From contig NC_092587.1 in assembly GCF_047663525.1 (NCBI RefSeq), positions 189,059,457-189,123,456 of the forward strand: 64,000 bases of DNA, given 5' to 3'. Below the pieces are notes generated by a model, which was not told the origin of the DNA, made no database searches, and saw nothing but the letters and a program-made list of their open reading frames with translations. The position numbers and the translations under genes were made by a program. The stretch is from Anas platyrhynchos. Its lineage: Eukaryota. Shown piece by piece: positions 38,501 through 53,500 of this stretch (position 1 is its first letter; each line of letters opens with the position of its first letter).

Positions 38501-41500
38501 TAGGGAGCATTTCTGCCAAGTTACACTGCTAGTGCTAATGACATGAGCAGTATAAGCACCTTCCAGACTAATCTGAACTCGAAGGAATTCAGGAGCCTGG
38601 TGACTGCTCTTACACACCAACAAGTATGTGTTAACTAGCCAGAATCTCTGGAATCAGAATCTCTTTCTAGACAGGAAAATCACTAACCAGCTTTGTGTTC
38701 AGAATGTGTTTCCTTCTTGGAAAGTTTCTTCCTCCATTCATTGTGGCGTTCTGAGGGAAGCTCTGTTTATTATTTTAGGAGAGAAGTTTAGTCAATTAGA
38801 TTAGGTGATTTATTTACACATATGCAGTAAAGCAGCAAGCACAATACATAGGTTACACGTACTGTATTAACACTGCAGACTGGTAAGAACTTCCTAACAC
38901 TTGTACTCATCATACTACTACACAGTATTGGTTTGTATCACATGCTATCACGCAAATTCTGCTGAGGATTTTGGGGTTATACACGTCTGGGTATGCAAGC
39001 TGAAGGACACCAGGTCATTGGAAGGAGAGCCCAGCTCTGCAGGTAAGGGCTTTACTATCAGGATGGCCAATAATTAGACTTGAGGGGAAAACAAGGGTAA
39101 TGCTTGCATCCCTGCCCCTCTAACTTATCCTTGAAAGCCCTCCCAAGGTCTGTTAGAGTAACTATTAGCTGACTCCAAGGATGCCTGGATTAAAAGGTAA
39201 GGAGCTCCTTTGACAAGTATTACTGTAATTCAATAGCATGGATTAATTAGTGATGGGTCAAGTTCATTGTACCCACACATCTGAAAAGTCTGGGGCATTT
39301 CATGGACACAAATATTTATGCTTTTAATTCCCCACTTTGCTTCCTAGGTCCTCTCTGGGGTTGGCACAGACCAGCTGGAAATTTGTGATCCTTTTTTTTG
39401 TGTGTAACCATTTTCATACCTGGTGTGACTGAAATAGATATAGAAGCTATGTATAAATGGGCACACACTAAATCCAGTGTTACAATCCCATCATGAAGAC
39501 AACTGAAGACAGGCCTAACTCATTTTACACTGCTTCTTGAAGGATTTTTCTGACCATTTTGTTAAGTCCACTGAGATTATTGAATATGCTATTTTAGACA
39601 GCTGGATCAAGAAATTGATCCCACCCTCAACACAACATAGGCTTCCACAAATGCTCCTACATATCATCCCCACCTTCTCCGAGTGACCAACCACAGACTG
39701 TTAAACCCAGTATGTTTGTGGAGTAATGAGAAAGAGAACATGCTGAAGTTAAACAACTTCATTATGGAAGAATCCCACACTATCTGTTGACAAGAACACA
39801 GAGGAAACAAGAACTCAGGGGGGACTGGCAATCTACACTCTCCACTGTCAGAGTGCATCTGTCTCACATTAGGCAAGAGGTTTTCTGCCCTTGCAGCACT
39901 GACAGCATCTGTATTTACAAAATTGAGATGAATGTGCATATGTCCTCCTGGAATACTCTAACAGCATCTATTTACACCAAAGCAGGCATCCTCTCAACTG
40001 CTTAAATGCTTTGGCAGTTCTCAGCAATGGTGTATGGTGCTTCAACAGATGTGCAGAGCTCCAGGAATGATACCTCACTCAGGTACAAACAGCTGGAAAG
40101 GCCACTAATGTCACCTGCCTCCTCTAAGTAGCCCCATGTCACTGCTGGTGGTAGTTTCTCCCACTTTAACATTACAACCTTCCAGTATTCATTTGGCCTT
40201 TAAATAAGCTTACCCTGTACCTAAGGCTTTTGAATATGTGCATCAATAGGTGAAAACTTCATTGCAAGCTGAAGGAATTTGTCTTATTGTCACATTTCAA
40301 CTGCTTGGAGAAAAACCCTTAAAAGTAAGCTCAGGGAGAAGCCTGTCACTCCTACATGCAATGTGACAGAAGCACTCCAGGAATGAGTACTTTTGGAAGG
40401 AACCCTCTGGGCATACTCTGTCTGAAGCATGGAAGGCTACACTGATCTACAGCCCCTTGTTTGGTGCCTGATCTAAAAGATTTCCTCTACCACCTCATCT
40501 GCCCTTGCAATGACATCATTTGAGCAACAACAGGTAGACAGCACATGCTAAAATCCTTTGTGTTGAGTGACAGGAGCACATAAGTTTATCCTGAATTCAA
40601 GGCAGTGTGAATACAAGACAGCAAGCTTCATGATTTGTTGTTTCAGAGAGCACAGATTGTTAACACAGGCAGCAACTCCTTTATTAAGAAATAGATACTA
40701 GGATCTGAAGACACTAATATTCCTTGACAAACATGGGATGAATTAACAACGCTGAACAAGAACATAAAGGAGATGAACATTATCCCAACTTTTCACATTT
40801 CCATCTTTGCAAACATTATTCCTATGGACAGAGAAGTTGCCATCAGCTCAGACTAGGTGATTATTTAAGTCCAGGTCCTGTAGAGAGGCCAGATCTCTCA
40901 CTCATACAAAGACTTTTGAAAAAAAAGCTATCAACACATGTTGAACAAAGGCTCAAATTTATAATTAAGTGCTAAAGTGCACCAAAGAAACCACTATTAT
41001 TCAATACTAAACAGTTCAGGACAGCTTTGCTTTAGGAGAATCGCATCCAGCCCAAATACAGAACTTAACTGGCTTAGCTAGAATAGCCTCTAGGAACAAA
41101 CCCTTTCCTGGCCTTAGACAAAGAACAAGGTTGTTTTGTCAGTGAGAATAACACAACATCCTTATCATGAAGTGGAAAGCAATTGCATCTACCAGTGTTG
41201 CTCTTTTCCAGTCTATGAAAAGGCATTCAGCAGTCAGACTGATCACCACAAACACTGTTCAATTTTCCTGAAGATCTGCCATCAGTATAGTTGTTTTCCA
41301 CTCTGATGTCTTCTGCTTAACTGAAACATAACTCAATACATTATCAAACTACAGTCCATTTTTCCATAAGCACTTCTGAAGTGCATTTGGTATCCTAATC
41401 CTGACCCAATCTTAACAGACTGCAGACTCAATCCCTAATTAGTACTAACTTCATTGCTACTAAATGCAACACAGATCTGTACTATCATCAAGTTGTTTTT

Positions 41501-44500
41501 TAAAAAAAATAATTTCAGGACCCTCGCAGTTAAACTGCAAACCATTTGAAATGCTCTCTGGATACCCAACCAGATCTGAACCCACTTAGGTTTCATTTAG
41601 TAACACAACAGTAGGTGTGTGCCAAAGGAGTGAGATCCATCACCAGATAAGAATGAAGCCTTTCTATCTTGTTCCAGGCAGAAATGTTTGATGGGACTTT
41701 TTCCCCCCCCCCCTCACAGAAACAGCAGTGAGGACTGTTGTTCCCCCAAGATCAAGGAACAGTTCATTATTTCTTCAGACTTCTGTGAGCGAGAAGTAAA
41801 TTACCAGTTCCCTGAGTTGTTCCTTGATTTCAAAGCAGGTATGGCAATAGCTGAAGTACCACAGTATTAGCTCTTCTCAAAGCCAGCCATTGTTGGTTCT
41901 GAAGTGGCTTCATCCACTTTAATAGAACTGGAGAACGTGAAAAATCCAACTTCCCTACAACTCTATTGAGCTTACTTTTGTACCCACTCTAAGCAGAGAT
42001 GTTGCTCTTCTCATTACAGCTGCACTGGTCACTGACCACCCCCCATAGTCCTCTTTTTCCCCCTTAAGTGATATTTCCATATTCCAAGTTATTGGAATGC
42101 CTTCTGCCCTGCCACCTCCTGGACTCTACTTTGGAGGACTTTTGCAGGACTCATTCCAGTATGCCACTGACTGCCAGTACTGCAGGGTCCAGGACTGGGC
42201 ACAGCACTCTGGATCCAGTCTTGTTGAGCACCTACCAGAGGGGCAGTACCACTGGCTGGACCTGTGAGCTATACTAACACTGTCCTGGAAAAGCTAACAA
42301 GCTGAAGAACTTAACTGATGTTGCCAGGTAAGGTATGACAATGCCTTCATGCCTTCAAAAGATTCAGAAGCCCAGCAAACTGCCAGAACAGAGCCAATGA
42401 CATGCTCTGAAGGGGACTAATGATTAAGAGAGTTGAAGAACCATCCAGACAGACATGAACATGTTTGTGAGAAAGCCTTCCCTAAGGCAAGCTGAATGAA
42501 GTGAAAGATGTACTACAGGAGTTCAAAGGAAGATAAAGTACAATACAGTCATCACTGCACAGCTTGCACTAAGCTAACGACAAATAACATTGTGCTTGCC
42601 ATCTGAACACTGTAAGCATCAGGTATTCAGGAACTTACTTTCCAGGTCATCTTCAAATACTTCTTCTATGATGACATCTGGGCTGGACGGGCTCTTGGGT
42701 GGAGCAGGAGTGTTCTGATGAGGTACCACAGGAAGTGATCCTTGTACTTGCACATTTTTCACTGCACTGAGAACACCAGGTTTATTTGCCCGAGCCTTTA
42801 TTTTACTTTCTCTGCAAGGTGGTGGAATTGTATTGTCTACAGAGAGCTGAGTATCAGAGCTTGGCATTTCTTTTTTGTCACCAAGGCTAAGAGCATTCTG
42901 TCCATTATCTTCACTGTATTTGGAAAAAGGTTTATTATTAGACACATTAATCCAATCTGTTTTCAGAGAAGCACACAAGTCAAACCAGAGGTTTTATTAA
43001 GAAAATATCACTATGTTCTGAAAACGCCTCATGAAAGCTCATTGAAACAAAACTGTATTATGTAGTTTTTCCAATACCAAGACAGCAGCACAGGATTTCT
43101 GAAACCTAGAAAGAATTGGCACAGAACTGGTACACGTTGTTGGGCACAGCTGAGTACACAGAGTTGTCCCTGCTTCAATAATCACACAGCACAGGTATGA
43201 ACACAAAGCACTTGAAAAACATTAGTGTGAAATGTTCATCCAAAAAAAAAAAAAAGACATGCTACATGTCTTACTACTGACAGTTACAGTCAGTAAATCT
43301 TTTTAACATAACCAGTGCTGACCAGAAGAGCCTTCACAACAACTCCATTCCATTTTAAGTTTTTGTCTAAGAGTACAGGAAAAAAATGAAAAGGACAAAT
43401 ATGAAAGCAATTGTAACTTTTTGATGTCACCTGTTCTGGCATACATGCTCAGTATTTAGATCATGAAGCTGGAATACTACAAATTCCAGTATTTGTTGAT
43501 CTGAGATTTATACTTTCATGAACCAATTTTCATATGCCAAAATGATAAACACTTCTATTATCAATCAATGTTAAAGCTGATAAAACAGCATAAAAACTAG
43601 GGAATATAGTTAAGTGAAAAACAAGTAAAACTGAAACGGATCAACTGGAATGCTAACACAAGCATTTAACAAAAAGTTTTGGTTCTTTACACAAAAACTA
43701 ATAAGCACAGACTTTTTAAAATTTAGTCTCCAATAAGTATTTACCTATTAAGAAACAATTAATTACTGTACCTGTTCCTCTTCATTAAGAAATACTTACT
43801 ATCCAGATGCTCCCCTCTGTATCTTCCCCAGATTCTTTAAAAAAGATGTGATCTCATCACAGTTCAGGAGACATCTCGAGAGAAGAAACATTACAAATAC
43901 CTGTATCACTAATGATGACACCTATATATCAAACATGTCTTGTGCAATACATGTCTTTCAGCACAAAATGCAATATTTTACTCCTCCACGTCATATGTGA
44001 TTAGCTACTCTAATTTCACTTCTATGAATCTATTTGGTTGCTCATTTGTTTTCACATTCACACTTAGAACTCTCCTGCCTCTTGCTCTACTTCTCATACA
44101 GAGAGTGATTTTATATTACTTACTGAATTTCTGCATCTTAACCTACCACCTTGAGTTTCTTCTTACATACTGGTATCTTTGAAGTTAAAAAGTTGTTTTA
44201 TTAAAAAAAAGAATTAAACCAACGTTTTCCCTACTTTGTAGTTTGAAGAGTGTTTAGAAGTTGCACAAGTCTGTCAGAATATATTAATGCATGTATTTGC
44301 TTATATAGCTTCAAATTTTTTGCTTTCTCCTGACACCTCAGATGAAGGCAATCATGCCTTTTCAGCAGTATGTTTGTACACACCTGAACTAGCAGTTTCA
44401 GAACTATTTAGGCCATTAATTAATGCCACTTAACTGTTAACCAGACAACTTTTGTAATTAAAATAACAAGCACACCTATTTATCTGCCAGTATACCTCCC

Positions 44501-47500
44501 ACTCCAGTCGTTTACCTTGGAGATGTTTTTTCCTTCAAACTACTCACTGCTGAGAGCTCAGCATCAACTGGCAACTTCAAATCATGAATAACCTGAAATT
44601 AAGGAGCGCAGTCTTAGTCTGCAATATACAGAGAGAATTATGCAGGTGCCTATTAACTATGATATGACAGTCTGAGTCTAACATATTTAATTCTACCAAA
44701 AAGTTTACTCATTAACAGCCAATAGCCAACCGTTAGTCTTATACAGTCAGTTATGTCTTGCACTAACAAGGCTTTGACACTTTGGGATTTTGCAGCTGTA
44801 GCATGTGCCTAGAAGCAGGAGTTGGAATTTCCTTTTACATAAACAGCCACTGGGAAGGTAAATTCTAAACAAAAAAGGTGGGCACCAGCCTCCAGAGTTC
44901 ACACTGAGCAAACAAATACATGAAGAAAGGAAGGATTGGAATTCCTTCCTGGGTCAGATGAGAGAGACCAAGTTTCTTCACATGGAAAGCAATAAGTGAC
45001 TGCAGTTTGAAAAAATCAAGCTGCATGCAAAAATGGCTGGTGACCTATTGTTACTTTTTTCTTCTTAACACAAGGACTACAAAGACTCCAAATCAAAGAG
45101 CCAGGTGACAGACTTAGAATGACAGAGGGAACAACTCTATACACACCTCATTACAAGTACCAGAACATGGAACAAGCTGTCACTACATATGACAAAGTAC
45201 AGATGTATACAAATACACAATGAAAACCCTTAACCCCTACATGCCCAGGTTCTTAGGCTTTTCCTGCAAGCACCTTCTCTGTTGACACAGACAGGAAACC
45301 TCAGTGCCAGGAGCTTTGCTCTGATACAGTACAGCAGGTATCGTGCTCCTACAAGCAGAGGCTATGACAGGGAACAAGCATAGATGCAGAGGCCTGGACC
45401 AGGAGAACAGACTGAGCTCTGGCATCATTCATTCAGTGTGAAGGCTGGAGAGCTTTACAATGGGGAAGACTTGAGTCTAAGATTTTGAGAACACTAAGAT
45501 CTTGAGAACCCTTTCACACAGTACTGGCTCAGCTTCCTGTCATTCCCCTCCATTTGCCATTGCCAATAGCAAGCTCTTTGAGACTAGGCCCACCTTTTTT
45601 GTTTCAATTGAGTCACAAGACTGATTTGTGACCAAGGCCAAATTTAGACTGGCAGTGCATGTGTGGAGATGGGTTGGCAGAGTACATGACTGTAGAAATT
45701 TCAATATTTAAGTCAAACTAAGAAAACATCATGGAAGCTTTCAACACAAATATGAGTTTGTTCTTCACAAAAATTTCACAGTAACTACCTGAGCCAGATC
45801 ACAGTAGGTTCTTGTATTAGGTGTAATTTTTAATTCCGTTGCCATCCTAATGGCACCATTCAAGGCTTTTCTCTTCTCTTCAATTAACTGCTTAGCTTTT
45901 GCAACATCAGCACTGTAGTTGTTGATGCCCTCCACTAATTCTGCACACAGTTCCTTTTTCCTGTATTAAAAAAATATTACTTTTCAGAATTCACTAAGTA
46001 CTCAGCAGTGCAAATACCAACTTTGCCTATGAAGTACAACTGCCACTTATACCACAAAGTGGATGCATCTCACAGAAATACCATTATTCTTATAGTTAGG
46101 TGCAGACAGCACAGAAAGCTAAGATAAATCAGGGGAAGCAGAACAGTTCACAGCCGTGAGCCTTTTTCTGTGAAGAAACTTTGTTTAAGAACACGTCCAC
46201 TGAAGCCTACAGGTACCTCCATATGCATCCAGCTGATAATCACAGAAAGTCCTGAGTTGGAAGGGACCCACAAGGATCATCAAGTCCAACTCATAAAAAA
46301 ATTATAAGCTTAATGGTTGGATTAAAGATTAGATGCCCCTTGCAGAGGTACTACTGTACTACTAAGCTTTGCAACAGACATGCACTGCTTAAAGTACTGC
46401 TTTAATGTATAAAAAGCTGAAGACAAACATTCTTTAAAAGAATCATTGTTCTTTTTTTTTTTTAAACCAACTTGAACACTTGCAGAAAGCCTTTATTCTT
46501 CAAGTTATTCTCGTTAAACTAATCATTACCCTAGTGGCAGCATCACCCCCACCCCCCAAGCTATTTCAGGAAAAAAAGTCATTTATGCTATTCTGAGATT
46601 TTCTTTGAAAGCAGAAGCTGAGGATACTACTGGTTTCCAACCACACAAGCTAGCTTCAAGAACTAGATACCACTATGAAAGAATACTGTGTAACAGTTAA
46701 ATACAGGTATTACGAAGTACTGTAGTAAGAAATCCTGGAATGTAATTCTTTTATCTGAAGAACTCGCCCATTGCCCCCTATCTCACAGATGAGAACATTA
46801 CCTTGACAGGACAAAAGTTACAAGCTCATCAAATTTTCTATCTGCAGTTTCTGCAACTTTGTCTCCTTCCTGCTTCATTTTCAATTCGAAGCACTTCAGC
46901 ATCTATTCCATTCAGTATAGAGCGAACATGTTTATTCATGATTTTTTAAACTCAAAAAACAGAACAGAACCAAAGAATGGCCAAACAGCGATGAACACTC
47001 CAGCATGAGGAAATTAACACTAAACTGTGCTGTGATTGGTACAAAGGAGAGCAAACCAATCAGAGGATCATTACACAAATACAATGGAAGAATAGCTATA
47101 GATCATTAATCATTTTGTTTTCTTTGACTTTTAGTCAGCTTGCACTGTCTGGATTTTCATGGCCACTGAAGTGACCAGATACAACAGGCAAAAAACAGAA
47201 ACTGGAACACAAGTTCTGCCTGAGCACCAGGCAGCACTGCTGTGCTGGGTGGGTGACGGAGCCCTGGCACAGGCTGCCCAGAGAGGCTGTGGGGTCTCCT
47301 CCTTGTGGATCTCCAAAAGCCGCCTGGACATAGTGCTGGGCAGCCTGCTCTGGGTGTCCCTGCTTGGGTAGGGCTGGCACCAAGTGGCCTCCAGAGGGCC
47401 CTGCCAACCCCAGCCATCCTGGGATCCTGTGATCTTGGGCCCACTGCCCCACTTTCTTCATGACATTCTAACACAGCACCATACACAGGTAGTTAGCAAG

Positions 47501-50500
47501 CTAAGGTTCCTACTGTTTAAACTCACTGTGAGCACCTAGAAAAAAAAAGTAAAATTATTCCTGCAGCTAAACAGGTGGTTTCTGTTGCTATAGCTACATC
47601 TAATGAAGAGATTATGGGGGAAAAAAATCTCAGTAATACAACTGCTTTGGCGATACTCAGCCTTTGCGGACAAGCTGTTAGAAGACCCCAGTTGTAAATG
47701 CATGAGTTGTTAGAGCTGCTGAAATGCAAGGATTTTACAAGATGCAGTTAGTATCTGAAGCAGGTAGTTAACCTAACTTTGCTTAACTGGCAGATCAGCC
47801 ACTGCAACAAAACAAGTTAGAGAGGGAATAGAAAGTGGGTTTTAGTGACTCTCCATGCCAAACAGAATGATCCAAAAGCTTAAAGTAAAATCACTAAACA
47901 CCTCCATGCCTGTGTATCTTAGAATACAAATGGAATGTAAAATGGTAGACAAATGCAAGCCGTAACACCTTTTCTTTTCTACCTTTAAATCCAAGAAGCA
48001 AGAGAAAACACGAATTAACTTAGCTGCCAAAGCAAAAGCAAGTGTGATTTCACCCTGATCTGAGGAAACAAACTCAGTACTTTCAGTTTTGCTTATACAT
48101 GGTTGTGTCTAATACACAGATATACCTAGGAACAAGTTACAGACATGCTCAGGTACTCCTCACAGTCCAGAGTTACGTGCTGTGTATTCACAGAAACAGT
48201 CCAAACAGCTGAAGTACAGAAGTTTAAACATGCTCTTAGTGCCTTTAACAGTACATTTCCGTGCGTACTCAAGACAAAAAGCTTTAATCAAGGCTAGTAC
48301 ATAACATTTCAGGATTTCAATATTTTCACCTACCTCATCTGCATCTTGCAAGCGGCTGAGATTACAAATACCTATCCACAAAGCTTCAATGATGTCTTCC
48401 AGAGTTTTGTTTTCCTGGGGAATGAAAGCAAGTTGATTGGAAAGATAGGCTATACACAGTTCCAATTTTGACAGACTTGAGGTAGGTGATCCTAGTGAAC
48501 TTCATATGTCTCTGACTAGCTCCACAGCTGCTAACAGGCATGGAATAGCTTGTAAACATAATTCAGGTGGGCTAAGAACATTACTTTGGAGTATCTGACT
48601 GACTCTGTATAAGATTTTGCTAAATACATAAATATTTGCATGCATACACAAAAGAATAACAGAATCAAAGGAAGCATACAGAAAAAACAGGACAAAGTCC
48701 CAAATACAACGCAAAGAAAGCATGCAGGAGACAATAAAGGAAATTCTGTGGCTTAGAGAGAAGTGCTGCATTAAGGAGTTTTACTTGGGGGAAAAAAAAA
48801 CAGCAAGAAACTGTTATAAACTCCATGTAATGCTGATGTAAGAGCATGAAATTCTCCAGTATGAACTGGAATAGAAGCAAATGTATACACATAAGTGTAT
48901 TCTTCCACCACTGACATTACTGAAGTTTGTGTTAAGAGGGCTGGCATTTTGCTAACTGATCATCATCAGTTGAAGATGCCTCAAAGAGTCAGGGCTAGTA
49001 CTAGTAAAGTCTGTCGCTATTGGGAAACCCATTTCCATTAGATGTCTGTTAAGTTGCCTTTGGCAAATATCTTCATTTCTAAAGGGTTACTTATTAGTTA
49101 AGAAATACAAGCTAAAGAAAAATTAAAGCTCAAGTTTGAAAACCTGGAACAGTTCTGCCTCTGATCAAACAATCAGATAGGTGGATGAAAGTGCTGCCAT
49201 AGCATTATCTTGAGTTTTTTTTGTTTTTTAAGATGCTTGTTAATACCTTCATCTCTAGAACAGATACACAACTAATGGAGCTGATCAGCTCAGATCAACT
49301 ATGTCTCCTCTTCAAGAGAATGTTAAGAGCAGAAAATCCTCCAAGTATTATTCCTAGCACACTTAACCTCCAAGTTACAAGTTCCAACAACAACCAACCT
49401 GAAGACATAAAATATAAGGAGACATAAGGTTAAAGCACATGGAGTAACATATAACCCATCTACTTCATGGTTATCATTATGGTGACAATAAATAAATATC
49501 CTTTCAAAACATGGATATTGTGAGGAATGTTTTAACAATTCCAATTCGTGTCCATAAATTCGTGTCCATAAAGAATAATTCTGTTGGAATCCTGTCTGCC
49601 TCTGGGCCCTGCACTGGCAATTTAGTTCTTGAACCACAGATGCAGTGTGTCCCAGTCTCCCCCTCATTCTAGTCAATTTATCACGTCTTCAGAAAACACT
49701 CCTTAAATTTGTGAACCTGTTTGCTTTTGTTATTCCGGACTTCTATTTCTAACAGTTACAGCCTTTTTTCCTGTCTTCTTCGAGATTAACTTAACACTGC
49801 TATAGATGTGTCTGTGAATGGCTGGGGAAGAATGTTTTAATTACTCGTGAAGCATCAAATAAGAAAGCTGTTTGTGTTTGATGTCTGGGAGTTTCAGAAC
49901 AACTGATAACAACTAGTGACTGTTATGAGATCCTTGGTATCTGGCCAGGGGGGCCAAGAGATTAAGAGGAAGAAAAAAGAAGCTGAAGGACGGTTGGGAG
50001 ACAAGACCTGTGGAGAGTGTACAGAGAGTGTTCCATAAACTTGGAATAGTGCCGAGTAAGTACAAAGGGTGAGAGGAAGACTACGAGCCTTCAGCATGAA
50101 AGACCCCTAGAGACCCCCAGAGGAGACTGATGCGCATGCTCCAGTAGGAGGGACTGGACCCCGGAAGCTAATTATAATAATCTATTTTTTTAGAAGTAGT
50201 AATGAATATGTATTAGTCTAGGTGCATAAAAATCAGCTGCTTGATGTAACTGGTGTGCGTCCTGGTGGAGCAGAGACTCCCGGTGCACCCAGCGCTGTTT
50301 GCTTACCTCTATTCCTTTATATTCTTTTAATAAATCCTATTTTTTTATTTAATCCTAATTTGAATCCTGAGCCATTTATAACAGTATTCTCATAAAGTGA
50401 TCTAAGAAGTGATCCTGCCAGACTTTGAAGTCACCAGCCACAAATAAAGTACCCTGGAGAAAATAATGGAAAAACACAAAAGCAAGCAGAAGTTCATCAA

Positions 50501-53500
50501 GATTAGACTATGATCTCAAGTTACTTTGATGGAAGTTGCTTTTCCATCCTTTGAACTCATGATGCGGACACCATTCTCAACTTTCTCAAACAGACAGCTT
50601 CTGTTCACGGAAGTTCAACTACCATCAAAGGACTGCTTATGACCTCAAACATGATATACTCTGAAGATGACTTCAGATGATTTGGTTTAGTATTTTATAA
50701 ACATAATATATTGAAGTTTAAGATAACATGATTCAGATTTATTTCTGATAAATCTCCCAAAGATGTTCAGAAAAGAACAATTTTCACACTTTAACAGGCA
50801 CTAACAAAAACTGTATTAGAAAACAAGCATATGCAATTAAGATACTTTCAAGGTAACCATACAGGAGAGTCTCCATGCAAGAACATGGGATTGGCAGAGG
50901 ATGTTCCATTAATTCCCATTTTATTGGAACTTTAAAATATGCAACAAGCTAGCTTATTTGTTGCCTTGAACTTCACAAACCTCCTTCAGAAAGATCACGT
51001 TAGAAAACCTAACAATGTTTTCACAGATCCATTTGTCCCATCATGTTGCCTTGATAAACCACTAGACTGCTTTAAGGATGCCCTGCAGTTGTCCTCTATT
51101 TGAAAAGAAAACCCCAAAATCAAATACTGTGAAACTTTTTTTAAGTTCAAAACACCTGATTGTTCAGCTGGCTGTGCTGTCTTCCTCAGCTACAGCCTGG
51201 TTAGGTGTGAACAGCATTTTAAATAAAACGAACAAACTTCAGTCAAATTATTTTGTTAACACCATAGTTGTACATCAAACCCATACCAGAATAGAAGAAT
51301 AGCACTTAATAGTTAAGGTTGCAGGTTTGTGTGTTTTAAGAAATGCAGTATTAATTATGCTTACAAAAAAAGTAACAAAAAGAAATTCAACGTTAACGCA
51401 CCGTGTCTGCTGATGGAGCTACACCTGGTTTACAGCTTAGCCCACTATCTGAGGAAATCAGGCACTGAACACCTTTCTCTTCGGTGTTGGAACTGAAGGG
51501 CCTGCAAAACAGAACTTTAAGGAAAAACCCACCCACATAAAATAAAAACAAACTTCCCTGAAAGATGTTAATACACTATTTGAGCATTTCAGAATTTGTC
51601 ATTAAGCACATGTGCACAACTGTTCTTAGAACAGTTCAGTTTACACGGTCATGTTCTAGACATACCTCATTCTTTTGAGAAGGTCCCTTCCTACCAGCAT
51701 CACCTTGAAATTCAACTGTATCATCTATTTTAGCTTACAATTTATCTTACAAAAAAAGACAGGAACAAAAGCTTACAACACAGTAGTGATTTTTCACTCC
51801 GATGAAACTGAAATGCATGCCCATTAATATTCCAAGATTCACTTCTGTTGCCCATGTATTTTCTTTTAGCTATCCCATCAGGTATTAGGCTGTTTAAGTT
51901 CTTCTAGTACAAGGCAGATTATACCAAAACAATACAGGAAGCCTCTTAAATTCTGTTGTCTGGTCATACGGCTCTCTTGTGAAGTACATGGTAGCGGTAA
52001 ACAGCTGTCAAGACCCTCACAAAAAAAGCCTGCAAAGAACAACTGAACTGCAGTAAGGAAGCAGCGTTGTTTCTTCTACAATCCACTTTGTTTGATGGAC
52101 TGTGAGAGGACTTGGCAAACACTGCTGCACAGGCTGACACCCATACATGAAATCTTAAGTTTTATTTTGGTCAAGTTTAGGTGCAGATAAGATGGTAAGA
52201 TGCATCAATCTCAAAATATTAATTCCCATGCATCCCTTACACTCATCTAACAAAACCCTAAGAATTACCTGGAACTATTTTTATATGAAGATGACTCTCC
52301 ATGGCAACAACAGTCAGGGAAACACACCCTCTTTTAAGACTTCAAGTTCACATAGCCTAGATAGCTAAGTAAATGTAATACGACAATACCAAGGAACTTT
52401 GCCAGCATCTAATTTTGGTATTTCTGGTAATTGGTTACCTAAGCAGTAGGTGCAATGGTGCCAGTAGCAGCTGGAGATGCACTCTTATCACAGAGTTACC
52501 ACGAACAGCCTTTAAAACCTTCAGTCCCAAGTACTTCAAGTTAAACCAAGCCTGTTTTTTCCCCCCTTTCAATGAAATACTACTCATATTTAGATGTTAG
52601 AAACACAGGAGGCCCTCAGTGCTTGTCTGATGCCCTCAATTAAGTTGTGTTTTGGTTGCACCAGGCAGCCATCCTGAGAACACATTGGTAAAGTTTGTTA
52701 CATTAAAAAACAGAAGCAAAAAAATCAGCTGGAGAAATATTTCTGGAATTTCTTACTCAGTCAATTCCCACCCCAGTGTGGCATCTAACCACATTAAAAA
52801 GTTAGGCTTACCTTCCTAGATCTTCTGAGCTGCTACCACTCAATCCAAGTTTAACATCCAATTTGGGCTGAATTCAGAGGGAAGAGTAAAACAAATTCAA
52901 ATACAGGGTAAAATCAAATTCCCACTGTAAACAGCCTACAAACCCCTTCTCACCTTCAGCAAACCACCCCTCACCCCACATATTCCAATAAGGCCAAGCT
53001 TCAAAACGAGCACTGTTGATCGAGCAACCTATTGTGCAACAAAACAGATTCCAAGCTGAAGTTTGTAGTCAATATATCCTTGCAGTAGTGTTTCTAGTAA
53101 ATGGAATGGCAATTTCCTGTTTGCTCTTAGTACTTTTCCCCACTGTTACGCCAAACTAGTAAGTGCTTCCAGTATACTGCAACAGTGAACTTGATTTATT
53201 TTTCAGTAATTTTACTGAAATAACTTCAGTAGAGTTTAATGACTTGGTTTAATTACCTTGAATATTTGTGTTTTGCAATAGCAGCTGAATTTGAGTTTCA
53301 CAATGGAAGCACCAGAATGGCCACACCCTACCTTTTAGATTACATTAAAAATACCTTGAAAAAAAAATGCAGTTTGTCCAAAATGGCATTAGGATGTTGT
53401 AACACAAAGTATTCACAAGCAGAGCAGTTTTCTTACGTTGAAAGAGAGAAACATTCATAAGGCACACGGTACTGTTCAAACAGAAATTGTCTTTTAGAGA

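Noticed and set aside
47131-47486. Four overlapping 66-109 aa ORFs on both strands
   Set aside because: They lie inside a GC-rich CR1 fragment. Stop-codon poverty in GC-rich repeats gives spurious ORFs. The same peptide motifs ([15 protein letters not shown]) recur in the other CR1 copies.
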